This document shows positions 24,301-32,866 of a stretch of DNA of 64,000 nucleotides, in pieces. The stretch is taken from the NCBI GenBank assembly GCA_964658305.1, contig OZ210885.1, positions 5,580,001 through 5,644,000 of the forward strand, in the 5' to 3' direction. The notes under the pieces were generated by a model, which did no database searches, had not been told where the DNA came from, and was given only the letters and a program-made list of their open reading frames with translations. The position numbers and the translations under genes were made by a program. Position 1 is the stretch's first letter. The number at the start of each line of letters is the position of its first letter. This stretch comes from Leptogorgia sarmentosa (Eukaryota).

Positions 24301-26022
24301 TTCTCAACACGTCCAACATATAATTCGTTGATCGATCTCAAATGTTGAGTTAAGAATAAGAATCAGAGCGTTCGCATTCGTCTTATATAGTAACAGCAAC
24401 AATAGCAAAAACATTCGTGCCATGATTGTATAACATTTATTCAAAACAAATAAAAGATTGACAAGCATAGAACAGCTACTTTAATTAGGCTACAATTATA
24501 ACACTATGCATGCACGCTATATGAGTCTATTTTCGACTGTTTCTTTTCATCATCATCATCTGACGAATCAAGGGGTTTCACACGTTTCATTTTCTTGCGT
24601 GACTTCGTAACTTTCTTCGTAACTTTCGTGCCATCACACGCCCGCTTTCGTCTTGTTTTGGTGACTTGATCCGCCCATGCAAAAAAGTCGCACTTCTCGT
24701 TTTTGTCCGTCTCTTGGCATCGGAAGAACGGTCGGCCCGGGTTTTCTGTAGAATGCGAAACCCAAAAGCTACAAACTTCATCGCATTCGCACAATGGGAA
24801 GTTGTTTGGTTTATACTTGTTGTGCACCTTCGTTTGAAATACCTCCACCAACTCAGTATACTTCTCCTCGGCCACGAACAGTGTACAGGTTTCTGTACGG
24901 CACCTTACAAAACCTCGGCCATCTTTGGATTCGAACCTTTTAAGGCCCGAACTGCAAAAGCAGAAGTGGTTTTTCAAAGCTGCCATGGTGTTTATTTTCG
25001 ATTCCAAAGCTGATAACAGTGGTTGTTGCTTAGAGTTGCATCTGATGTAAGAGAGAGGCTCTATGACCGTTTATATAGACACTGTTCGCGCCATTTTTTC
25101 TCATTAGCATACATTTTCATTTCATGTCGGTATGCGTGTATGAAAATTTTATCGAACTCGTGTATCTGTCGCTCTTGCCAAAATTTTATCGGCATGAAAA
25201 GAAATGAAACAATGTGATTGTTTGTAGATTTTACTCCCCATGGATTGCTCATTGCATACAATGCCCGATCAACATATATCTTTGCACGAAACTCATACAC
25301 TACCTAAATGGTAACCTATATATAAAAGTCTGATATTTTATAGACCATGCAGTTAAGTAACAGTAAGAATCACTTTATAAATAACAACATCTGTAAATAA
25401 TTAGAAACAAAATGTATTTAGACATAGTGTGTACAGGCATTTTGGTTTAAACAACATGGTTGTTATGAAGCAATATGATTGTGCACTTTACTCCTCCACG
25501 GTTTGTTCATTGCATGCGTTGAACAAAATATCATATTCTCACAAAGCTCTCAAACACTGCCTTTAGTAATGTAAAAGTTAGATATTTGTATAGGTCTAGC
25601 GTTGATTAGCCCTAAGAGTCAACTCTATAAGACCTTTAATTGAATCATAACATAATCATGTATGTTCGTGCATAGCCGAACCTATTAGCCATGTGCAGTA
25701 TTGTTGTTAAGCTAAATAAAGAGTTTTGTTTCGGTAGGCATTAAGACTGATGTTCGGCATCATGAAAGTTGAAAGACTCATTGTAGTATAAGCGGGTCTT
25801 CGGTACAAATCCATATAACCGAAGTACCGAACTCATTAACCGTGTTTATTATTGCTAAACTAAATAAAGATTATGTTTCGGTGCGCGTTAAGATCGGCGT
25901 TCGGCATCATGAAAGACTCATTATTGTAAGCCGAGTTTTGGGTAGAAAACATATATTGCAGACTCTTAGTCTTAGATTCAGAGTTTTGTATGTTTCGTTC
26001 ATTTTGTCATAAAAATCTCCAT

Positions 26023-26068
<46 letters not shown>

Positions 26069-28967
26069 GCCATGAAGTCTATACAGTTTACAAAACCTAT
26101 ATGTATGGTAACTTAACTGATAAATTAACGATCGTTACGGTAATATAAAAGACTAATAGTTCATTTATAGTTGTATAGGTTTTTGTCATTTATATGCAAT
26201 AAAAGTCACTTCATATAGATCATTAGACCTAAATTAATGCAAAACATATCGTATATATATAGCCGTCATACATGTTTAGACTCACAGCTGGCACCTGAAA
26301 TGGCATCAACTCAAGGAGGTATATATATCTATAAACCTAACCTTTCTTTTTTTCTTTCCTTTTTTTTTCTTTTTTCCTTTATTTTTATCTTCACTTCAAT
26401 GTACGATATAGTTGTTGAGATTCCCACTAATAGCAAATCTATGTTTTCAGCCATTGAGTACTGTGGCACATGCAAGGGGCCAACCATAATGCCATTATGT
26501 GGACATCGAGTCCACATAATTGAAATATCAGATCTTCCCTTCGGGGAAAGATTCGTTTGTAAAGTTTGCAAGTATGTCTCAAATACATTCTTCGATATAC
26601 ATTTAGAAAATACACTCTTGACAATTACTAACTTTTCATGTCTTCTTCTTGTTTTTTTTTTTTGTATTAGAGTGTCAGATGAGAGAGTCACGTCGTTAAT
26701 GAACGACGTTGACTTCTGGCTCGATCTTTTTAAGTATGTATGAAGATTTACGCTATCTATGCATTCAATGACAACAGTATCACAAGATCTAGAATTTTTA
26801 TTTATATATTTATTTGTTTTCTCTTACAGTGTTTTCATGGTTGCAATGAAGAAGTAATTTGTCTGCTCAGTAATAAATGTTCAAAACCGATACATTTGTG
26901 TGTGTGTTTTTATTTTACTCTCGTAGGTATACTATTTGTGCATGCTGAAAAGTAACTATAATAGTTCATAAGTTTTAGCCTTCAGCTGCCGTCTTTCGCG
27001 AGAGCGAAACATTTTTCGCCAGTCTTTACATGTATACTTTAAAAGTTCAAGTCCATTAACTTGTGGTTTGATGTCATGTAGACTGTTCATAAAGTTCTCT
27101 GCAACTGTTCCCTCACACACAGAATCCATCGCATCGTCAAAATACAACCACATTTTTTCATCAGGTTCCATCATCAAACAGCTATGTTGCCGTTGCGACG
27201 GATGATCAATTATACAACCATTGCAACTCTGCACCACAAAAGTTGTAACAATCGATGCGATTTCACTAGCATAACAGTTTAATAGTTTGTCTTCAATCAT
27301 CCTCTGACGAGAACTTAGAAACAATTCCTCTTGACCAATGTCCATTGGTATCGTCAACTTCAGGTTGTTCGCTTTCAAAGGCATCGTGTAGTTTAGCAAA
27401 ACTAATCCGCACAATCATACAAACCAAACTCAAATGAAAGCAGGTTTGAAAATGACAAATTTAAATGTAAAAAATTTATAAAATTAACAATCTGTTTCAT
27501 TATATCCAATAAAAAGCAACACATCATTTCCATCGTGCTTTTACTCAACGTGCGCGCGCAACGCTCTCACATGGTCAGCCTGGTAACTAAATTTTAGGGG
27601 TCAGAGCTCCCGAAAAAATGCTGACTCGACAAAGCTATAGCTGCACCCTTACTACTATAATTCCCTTATAAATTAATAATTAGATTATTTTACAAAGGAT
27701 ACGTAATTATACATATTAATTTCAATTGATATATTATTCTACAGACTCAGAAAACAAACAAATTTTTCCTTCCAATGCTTTTAAATTCGTACTATGCAAA
27801 ACAGGGACCGCGGAAGATGTTTTCGAGCGTGGGGCGGAAAGTCTAAATGTACCTACACCTCCCCCTCTACCACCCCGCCTTCAAGGGAGAATAATGAAAT
27901 GTAGTTTTTGGTCTTTTTCAATACCACTCCTCACTACTAATATAAGTCAGACATTTTGTGAGAACGAAAACCATGTGTTGCCCCCACGAGTGAATTTTTG
28001 TGTTGGGGCGACCGCCCCCACTGCCCCAACAGTTCCGCCGCCTCTAGTGCGAAAAGATGCGAATACTGACTATTTTACTCAATCGTGTCATCTCGTATTG
28101 CTCATCACAACTGGTTAACTAACTATAATATATTTATAAAAATGCTAGACATGTCACTTGAAGCTTGTAATTTGTTTTTACCTTTTGAGGATTATTGAGA
28201 TAAACATGGTTATAAGAACAATTTGCTTCCAAGTGTTTTTGGGAAACATTGTATACCATATTATGCAACATTTCGCAATTTGATTCATTCTGTGAGATGG
28301 ATGTCTTTTTATAATTGATTGATCGACAGCAAGGCTCTATGACACATTCCACCACACAGGCAAGCCAATCAGAAACCACTTTCGTCGTCACAATTGACAC
28401 ATTTAGTCTGTAACCTAGGAAACATAAATAACGTCACGATGAGTCTGTACGTTGTGGCATGTTTCTTAAAACATGATTATTGTATCAAATTATGATTTAA
28501 ATATTAAATTATTTATAAAATAGTCTTTTGGAAACACGGCGCTAGAGAACAAGTGGGCGCCTGATGTTTGTGTGAGGGGACATGGGTGGACCCCTGGTAA
28601 ACCCAAAAAGTGCAGCATTTTGAAAAAAAAACATGGCGGGTAAATCTGGGATATTTTTTTTGTTTTCGGACTCCGCAGAAAAGTCGCAAGCTCAAAAAAT
28701 CAGGGTTTCTATAGCAGAGTAAAAAACGGGATTCTTCGCGCGGGTTTCCTGGCGAGGTGTTTATAACGAAGTGTGAGTATTTCTACCCATTCGAGAACAT
28801 GTATGCATTGTGGACAAATATTTTGAGATTTTTACAGCTTACTTACCCTCGAGACTCGAATTGAAACAAAAACTCGGAATTTGTTTTGTTTCTTCTTCTT
28901 CAGCGACAATTACTGCTCTTAATGCAGATGCAATGAAAAAGATCAACAAGTGGAACTTTATATACAT
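9338..28967 (-). CDS. PAN/apple + fibrinogen-related domain secreted protein, copy A (exons 28967-28847, 28414-28182, 11328-11280, 10625-10248, 9600-9338); Polinton in intron 2; lacks the S/T-rich exon
   Basis: Phase-compatible GT-AG exons; CDMTTSGGGWTIIQRR, FYRNWTDYKNGFG, GEYWLGLD, GAWWY..CH.SNLNG, KTEMKLRP FReD motifs; PAN-like C..EC...CCRSINY...NCEM. Confidence 0.8.
11497..11609 (+). repeat. Polinton left terminal inverted repeat
   Basis: Reverse complement of 27544-27656, with one mismatch (11581 G vs 27572 T). Confidence 0.97.
11744..12205 (+). CDS. Polinton hypothetical protein (153 aa, acidic, probably helical)
   Basis: ATG-initiated ORF just inside the left TIR; AATAAA overlaps the stop codon; no family recognised. 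Confidence 0.7.
   Translation: MAHLFDQMYVDEVDFKALTIEKLIDLVFTEMIYRKIQKLEEETRKQDQIDGNQWTRFRERFEVDDDEERWMNYAERALSLLNHELVWQGIVGVCKILKYPEPSASHREYFESLFEFSCFVWFQIYSESERTVSINNLLDYVMCVYKLKCNMTM
12306..12563 (+). CDS. Small Polinton protein, candidate N-myristoylated (MGSFQSK...; 85 aa)
   Basis: Internal ATG of track ORF 12219-12563 gives an MGxxxS start; the upstream part is T-rich and looks like the 3' end of the preceding gene. Confidence 0.5.
   Translation: MGSFQSKIDRVKRDKNHNRQKMFKLGISFGRNDLNLEGHLQMGYNSKTIKNYGPAEKQLVSDAKLPLTSKTAEQIEGEETSVKDD
12616..13707 (+). CDS. Retroviral-like (RVE) integrase with C-terminal chromodomain
   Basis: DDE motifs WQMDLAD, TDQGTEF, KASVVER; C-terminal YEVEKVL...YLVKWLGYPNKFNSW chromodomain; first ATG at 12616. 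Confidence 0.96.
   Translation: MSRAAVDEYLTSVYYDPKRSGSFGGAESLFRDVKEEGKMKLTRKQISDWLASQDTYTLHKPARRNFKRNRVIVGGIDDEWQMDLADVQSLKQYNDGYRYLLVCIDIFSKYAWIVPIKSKSGPALVEAFKVILSSGRKPQKIMTDQGTEFYNKPFQTLLNNESIQLFNTFNETKASVVERVIRTFKSKMWRYFTAKKTLRYIDMLADIVYSYNHSQHRSIKMKPALVNVKNEDKVWHTLYNIDFNNVQPVKYKFEINDQVRISKIKRKFEKGYLPNFSKEIFTVSKALPRDPPVYKLKDFDGEELKGTFYDKELQKVVKHDDKYEVEKVLKKRGKGKNVQYLVKWLGYPNKFNSWVLASEINKL
13756..14502 (+). CDS. Minor capsid protein (penton, single jelly roll)
   Basis: N-terminal FHVTLPSNAS..FPNN.T.SYRVKLP..IEL.G.WEVGL and C-terminal YVPV..K.FE.IEI.LRDD.G..V.FERG...TLHF, typical of Polinton pentons; position in the morphogenesis cluster. Confidence 0.85.
   Translation: MSGTHFHVTLPSNASLSTFPNNRTTSYRVKLPHAIELNGNWEVGLYSITYPHTWYNIPKNDNIYYSADGHIFLTSTVEYGYYETMNDLVKSINNSLKKETGNDNVRLTYNTRTEKVTIHLKSGYQLVITGRMSIILGFGGKEIKIVKTTMSPYVADLHGLTTIFAYCNIVQPQIVGDTNAKLLRSVAVEGKMGDVVTKTFTNIQYVPVQTKSFEDIEILLRDDTGDPVSFERGKVLATLHFRQQDRFV
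14506..14955 (+). CDS. Basic core or membrane-active virion protein precursor
   Basis: YY..Q.G.G...F.G...QRGYG..GYGLGGLFR then an amphipathic helix and a K/R-rich tail; lies between penton and MCP. Confidence 0.7.
   Translation: MTQTNRYVRYYLDQQHGNGMPVFMGSPWQRGYGQMGYGLGGLFRSVARAVMPMVKSGAKELGSMALNTGANFLGDVLSGKNVKDSAKARVNEAKDTAKKKAVNMLQTLGQTGSGKRTRKTTKKRKAKASSSRSTQAKRRKTSRIDDIFG
14958..16286 (+). CDS. Major capsid protein (double jelly roll)
   Basis: 442 aa, beta-rich; CSKSELDLF..PPTQ start, PVNNFLHSLFKQVDV, YAYRAYLETLLNY, NPFNFQHF motifs typical of Polinton MCP. Confidence 0.92.
   Translation: MNFVHSKSPECSKSELDLFAVPPTQVSLEKGRWIDHQPVSSVSDDGPITFMSSGTEDYVDLSKTILVVRAKVTNADLTDLGADAKVGPVNNFLHSLFKQVDVFLKGKQVSQASGTYAYRAYLETLLNYGPSAKQSQLTAALFYKDAAGKMDVADPTLAADRANHGLNARYEFSKTSGIVEMAGPIFSDIFFTERLLLSFVDLKVVLNRSSSEFCLMTSVDDEEFKVKLIDAYLKVRKVKVNPSVSLAHEVALKKGPAIYPIRRVECKSFIIPTGNPSLRKDNVFSGLVPRLLVFGLVESAAFNGGYKKNPFNFQHFNVSSIGITVNGEEMPFKPLSLSFGANPRFVEAFCSQFSGTGKMYYNSGNGISRQEFPKGYAIYAFDLTADMCGASSHFSVVQRGNLAVDIKFSVAPTVAVSLVCYGEFENLIQIDSERNVVYDYGS
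16287..16805 (+). CDS. Adenain-like cysteine maturation protease
   Basis: Catalytic motifs GTHWVAF (His), FFDSYG (Asp), LQS...VCGHYC (Gln/Cys). Confidence 0.95.
   Translation: MNTNQIARALEQDSFTSKKFCGVFPSDRLPETIERYPCGFVANTDPSNQPGTHWVAFYFSTERKGEFFDSYGEAPDYYNISFKNYLDKHSYDWEFNKRKLQSIWSDVCGHYCIFYLNHRARGYSMNKIVNMFGNNSMSNDNEVFIFVNRRFNIPSKVLDKERNQSSRKFIEK
17009..17728 (-). CDS. Conserved Polinton protein of unknown function (239 aa)
   Basis: KRMVLVP start, EM..IL.....D.EK.KLY...L.RYL and ISWD..G.V...G..IP.SNI.DLI motifs that I recall from Polinton ORFs; ATGA overlap with the upstream gene. Confidence 0.75.
   Translation of the reverse strand: MKHAKRMVLVPEDIFARFEQKQKIESSPIVTNMIKTESEMSNILQRTDMDDAEKQKLYYTNLERYLNLRKQNDSQIPTVQLAIKNREKDEDTKPAPQETTTLPDSMIVDNIPKQMRQRASSILNRLKTRPDMISWDETGQVKLEGVQIPKSNISDLIGDAVRSRKKFNPSGAKEFFRVLSKMNMPKDLVRNDQRWKQAQLDSSSGEEEILYHSPSKPMPKRHVETITPKVLKKTRWHNF
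17725..18054 (-). CDS. Small basic virion protein with C-terminal QKGG plus hydrophobic tail (adenovirus pX-like)
   Basis: K/R-rich; ICEC..NLLKG.IPL motif; ends NQKGG-NILTALLPPVLTALGSLLLK; first ATG at 18054. Confidence 0.72.
   Translation of the reverse strand: MSKRMKDNLAYLQVLAKCKPKLRKAIIDHGPADVVMSICECTYNLLKGTIPLSSRQKQRLSRYKKHLRTLADKKVSRIKKKRLLNQKGGNILTALLPPVLTALGSLLLK
18096..18737 (-). CDS. Genome-packaging ATPase (A32-like, FtsK/HerA family)
   Basis: Walker A GQSQCGKS, Walker B LVIIDDLM, FTRGSHH, TQNLF, RTISLNSHY; likely start MDVRF at 18737. Confidence 0.95.
   Translation of the reverse strand: MDVRFKTPANFYISGQSQCGKSYFVRSVLCNLNEMFDPVPSKIVYCYGEYQQAFDDMSETIPNICFTEGFPDNLYGMLEGCQNSLVIIDDLMSECSKDQRVSDLFTRGSHHQGISVMYLTQNLFPPGKQSRTISLNSHYMIVFKNPRDSLGVSTLARQMYPNNCNFLLESYQDATKKPYGYLLLDLHQCTPENIRLRTNILPNERQIVYVKRT
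18975..19730 (+). CDS. LRR-containing type I membrane protein (Polinton accessory gene)
   Basis: Hydrophobic N-terminus, LRRNT-like C...DCSDRGFERLP, LRRs VLDLRRNNV and LAVLDIRDNPIKCD, S/T-rich stalk, TM helix ILLYSALIPASMIISLGTIMIGL, short cytoplasmic tail. Confidence 0.82.
   Translation: MVKFAQIMYVEFILFPLAFINCMPQDTSVCVYVKLAMVMDCSDRGFERLPMPEAKHKTKKIMVLDLRRNNVSLVVEKNVLRHYPGLAVLDIRDNPIKCDKLVFSRIRIMSDCKARLINIDPHTTGKPTQSSSPGSLPVRNTVTQTTSTSSSSLSTTSGLLTFKTTLKQSTSSKNKEIPKLKILLYSALIPASMIISLGTIMIGLRLCRCQQRTNTQDVGVELSRIGSLGTVNTNCSSSSLSSIEIYDVSGV
19911..24300 (-). CDS. polB: Protein-primed family B DNA polymerase with terminal-protein region, OTU-like protease, Cys-rich region, exonuclease and inserted Vsr-like nuclease; predicted two exons, 24300-23899 and 23786-19911 (1425 aa)
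   Basis: Exo motifs YDFETD, AHNSKAFD, YCSQDV; polymerase motifs YDFTSLYP, KLCLNSLWGKF, YVDTDS, GPKNY; phase-0 GT-AG intron 23898-23787 joins track ORFs 23872-24300 and 19911-23816. Confidence 0.93.
24504..24986 (-). CDS. GRF-type zinc-finger protein with basic and acidic tail
   Basis: PLCECDE...VSHSTENPGRPFFRC......CDFFAWAD fits zf-GRF; a second degenerate copy FCFC...GRGFVRC...CTLF lies at the N-terminus; TATA-like CTATATAA upstream (~25071-25078). Confidence 0.85.
   Translation of the reverse strand: MAALKNHFCFCSSGLKRFESKDGRGFVRCRTETCTLFVAEEKYTELVEVFQTKVHNKYKPNNFPLCECDEVCSFWVSHSTENPGRPFFRCQETDKNEKCDFFAWADQVTKTRRKRACDGTKVTKKVTKSRKKMKRVKPLDSSDDDDEKKQSKIDSYSVHA
26027..26069. repeat. (GT)n microsatellite inside the Polinton
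   Basis: About 20 GT units, seen directly. Confidence 0.95.
26300..26948 (+). CDS. Candidate spliced RING-like zinc-finger gene (exons 26300-26318, 26412-26571, 26671-26733, 26830-26853, 26927-26948; 95 aa)
   Basis: Phase-compatible GT-AG introns of 93, 99, 96 and 73 nt with strong pyrimidine tracts; CGTC-x8-CGHRVH...CKVC; TATA-like tract at ~26252. The last intron is uncertain (alternative stop at 26855-26857). Confidence 0.55.
26956..27384 (-). CDS. Polinton terminal ORF with CxGC..DHPSQxQHxCL putative zinc-binding motif
   Basis: Motif SCNGCIIDHPSQRQHSCL; first ATG at 27384; reads inward from the right TIR. Confidence 0.72.
   Translation of the reverse strand: MPLKANNLKLTIPMDIGQEELFLSSRQRMIEDKLLNCYASEIASIVTTFVVQSCNGCIIDHPSQRQHSCLMMEPDEKMWLYFDDAMDSVCEGTVAENFMNSLHDIKPQVNGLELLKYTCKDWRKMFRSRERRQLKAKTYELL
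27544..27656 (-). repeat. Polinton right terminal inverted repeat
   Basis: Reverse complement of 11497-11609. Confidence 0.97.
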
Positions 28968-30636
28968 CGTTGCTTTGCAGTGATCACCAATTCCCAAGTA
29001 ATACTGACAGATAGTTATTTTCCTAAAAAAAATTATATAGGGGGTAATATTAAAGGATTATTGACCGAGGGTGGGGTCTGTCCCGTGGAATATTAGACCG
29101 AGGGTTTTCAGTATGGCCCGAGCGACGTAGGATCGAAGACAATGGCAAAAAAACAGAGGTCTGGTATTTCACAGTACAGACGGAACAAGCGAGGCCAATA
29201 ATCCATTTATTATGGGCTGTTTTGAGTATTTTAGCGTTCTACACTTTCCACGCGAATTATAATCGGCTATCAATTAGAAAAATTTGTTTATTTGAATTTT
29301 TATCTCTAAATTTTACATTGGAACATTAAAATGCAAAAATCTTTTCTGTTGGCAAAGTGAAATTTGGGAATGTTGCTTAAGTTCTCAATCTTGCTACTAA
29401 ATCCAAAAGAATTGGCGTTCTGCTGGAATAAAAGCCTGTCAGTTTGCGGTTGATTGGGAAAACTGGCCTTACTGTAGGGAGCCCCCTTAAATTACATAGG
29501 GCAGATGTTCAATGCCTTTGAAACGATAGTTTCTGATGATAATTCAGTGTTACTAAGCTTAAAAACAACAGAAATCTATGAATTATGAATTTGGACTTGT
29601 TATTCATGAATTTGCAACATGTTCAACAGAATTGCAGGTAACTTTTTGACTCGTTTTAAAACGGAATTCGTCAACTACGATATAAACTTTTATTCAGCTC
29701 GCAAAACTGAAGATGAAATTAACCCATCCAGCCGCAACTTCATGAAATATATCACATGCAGCAAAAATATTCGTTTGCATCCGAACGAACTAGACACAGT
29801 TGATATATAATTATGTGTTTATTCTTCAATTGCAGGGTATATATACATATACTTATATTTTTTCATGTAAAACATGTAAAACATTTTTGTTGGCAAAACC
29901 TACTTGGACTACATCTTGGCTTTCAAAGACTCATATAGTATGAAAACTTTCATTGTGAACTTCAATCCGTTGGTTGTATAATATAGTATAATATAACTTG
30001 TGAGGTGATGCAGTGATGCTAATTCACACTAAACAACAAGGCGAATGTAAAAATGCTTGCCGCATATATGGAGAAATTGTGCCAATGAACTTGTAATACA
30101 CACAGCAGTACATAAGAGAGTTTCATCGCGGTGCACCAGGGCTAGATTTCACTGCTGAAAGTGTACAGAAGCATTCAGACAATATATAATGACTCCATGG
30201 CCATCTGGTTGTTTGGGGCTGGTTGTATAAAACTCTTATAACTATACGTTTTATAACTATCCGTTTCGTAGTAAAATTGTAGTTAACCTTTTCGCACGAA
30301 CAGTTATGCTGGGATAACTTTAACTACGTTTTCATACCAGCGCCCCCGGAGATTGATTGTCGGGTTTTCCAAAGTGTTAAAATACGTGTACGTGCGATCA
30401 AAAACTGAACGACGAATGGCGCTGTTTAGTATTTATAACAGAGATTTTCTAACATATTGAGAAGTTTTATTCCAATAACTAACAACATTAAAACGACCTA
30501 AAAAGTATGCACTGTGTAACAGTATAAACTCACCGGAGTTAAATTATTATTTCCTCTGCCGCAATTCTCTTCTCCTCAGTATATTAAGCAGGTGCTGTTT
30601 ATGAGTGGTGTTTTATGAATTAAGCTTCACACCTGT

Positions 30637-30842
30637 TGTAATAATTCGTCGTATTCCCTCGGTATTTGACACATTATATTGATCAACTCATTTATATTTA
30701 TTTAACACACACACACACAAGGACATAGATTAAGTAACAACAACTCCCAAACCAGTTCATTCCTATTTTTACCCACAACACCAATTAAGTCCCGTCACTC
30801 GTGACCGGAAGTTCCCCGCAATTAATATGAATGTTTCTTACA
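30637..30842. mobile_element. Solo LTR (206 bp)
   Basis: TGTAA...TTACA termini with 5-bp TSD CCTGT (30632-36, 30843-47). Confidence 0.75.
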
Positions 30843-32866
30843 CCTGTCAAGACAGCCCCCCTTCTGGAAAATTTAGTTCTACAGCACTGGAGTTAAACCG
30901 TATAAGACTATGCTCAGCTCGAATAAGTCGTGCCGAGTCTGAGACTGTCTGCAAAATTTAATAATAGATTACTTGTATCTTTGATGATTATACGCGATTG
31001 ATTTTAAGGTGGGTGTCTCCCATTTAAGAAATAGAAAACATTTTCCGTGTTTCTATAGAACCATCGTCAATTACAAATGCTACATTCTGATGGGCTAATC
31101 AGCCGTTGCCTATTTCGTGATAGACAGCGGTTCGCGAAAAAGCAAAGGAAAACAATATGGCTACTGCAGAAAACTCGCGTTTTGCTGAGGCTTTTATCAA
31201 ATTTGCTTGATATAAATAATTCTGGGTATAGAGTGTATACTAAAACAATTAGACAACTCGACCTCGTTCTAATTGTTAAATAGAAACACGGGTTTTATGA
31301 GCTCTCGACCAATCAACGGTTGTGCTTATAAATGGCTATTTTATAATGATATATACTAGAAATACATATATGCAGTAACCCCTCGCCTTACTAACCAATT
31401 AATGCAACTATATATATATTTTGGAACATGAAGTACTGCACTTCAAAGCCCCCTGAGGTTGTTGTCGTGGCAACACGAACGGAAATTCATATTTCTGTAT
31501 TTTTTTTGAAAACTGTCAAAGTATCAGCTTTTATCTTGGTTTTATTGGCATTTTTTTTCAATTTGGTGAACCATTTGTTATCCGTACGTTATTTAAGAAC
31601 TAAAATAAACTTGAATTTGGTGCGAAATAGCTACTGCATCTATTTGCATGAAACTTTTTATTTAAATAATCAAGCCAGTCAGTCTTTGATCAGTATACGA
31701 GTTTCCGGCCAATGTTCGCTCGTTTTAGGGTAAAATTTGTAATATTTTGTGAAGTCTTGCATTTAAAAACATAAACTTATACTCTGGAATTTAACCGTTA
31801 ATAGATTAAATGCGGCTACGGCCGGCGACCTTTCATACAAATAGTGAATATACGCAAAACAAAAGTTCACTGCCGACAATATATTGACGAACTTATCGGT
31901 CCTGTGTGTCGATTCATGGTCGTTTCTTCCCCTTTCTTAGCGTTTTATATCTTCTGAGAAGGCTTTTTAAGTCTAACAGCGTACATCTTGTCTTTGTTTT
32001 CGCCTTTCTTAAAGTTTAGGCCTTTCAAAAGCTTCTTAAAGCTTTAAAAAGCTTCTGCTCTTCATGATAGTCCGCCATATTTTTGAGATCAGTGATGACC
32101 TACGATGCACGTTGACCCAAAATGGCCGCCAAATCGAGCAACTTTGGACTCCGCTATACTGCCCATTATCCAGGTGCAAATAGCCGTGCGGAATTATTAC
32201 CCTCGCCCTGGGCTAACACCCGGACGGCGCTTGGCGCCGTGGCTCGGGGACTAAGGCTGGATGGTGCATCTGCTGTGACTAAATGAAGCCACTGGCGGCC
32301 ATATTGGATGGCCCCACTCAAATTTATTCTGGTGTTGGCGGGATGTCTAAAAAGTTTCTACACGTTTCTAGTTCTTGGTGCTAATGGAAAAACATTTTCC
32401 CTTCGTTTTCCAATAAATAAGTAATTGGGGCCATACAATATGGCTGTCAAAAGAAAAATTTGTTTATTTGAATTTTTATCTCTAAATTTTACATTGGAAC
32501 ATTAAAATGCAAAAATCTTTTCTGTTCGCAAAGTGAAATTTGGGAATGTTGCTTAAGTTCTCAATCTTGCTACTAAATCCAAAAGAATTGGCGTTCTGCT
32601 GGAAGTAAGCCTGTTTTGCGGTTGGATGGGAAAACTGACCTAACTGTAGGGAGAGCCTCCTTAAATTACATAGGGCAGATGTTCAATGCCTTTGAAACGA
32701 TAGTTTCTGATGATAATTCAGTGTTAGTAAGCTTAAAAAAAACAGAAATTACGCTCAAGTATCTATGAATTATGAATTTGGACTTGTTATTCAGGAATTT
32801 GCAACATGTTCATATAATAGAATTGTAGGTAACTTTTTGACTCGTTTTAAAACGGAATTCATCAAC

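Larger units (their letters stand above)
11497..27656. mobile_element. Polinton/Maverick (adintovirus-type endogenous virus), apparently intact, 16,160 bp
   Basis: Termini AGTAGT...ACTACT; 113-bp TIRs; 6-bp TSD ATAATT at 11491-11496 and 27657-27662; empty sites with a single ATAATT in paralogs at ~40825 and ~56156; full hallmark gene set (INT, penton, MCP, PRO, ATPase, pPolB). Confidence 0.98.

Noticed and set aside
25061..25300. 79-aa minus-strand ORF as a gene
   Set aside because: Non-ATG start, no motif, overlaps the putative TATA of the GRF gene, and the duplicated copy is not open; left uncalled.
11497..27656. Giant-virus insertion, virophage or contaminant contig
   Set aside because: Size, TIRs, 6-bp TSD, RVE integrase plus pPolB and clean host flanks matching empty paralogous sites identify an integrated Polinton.
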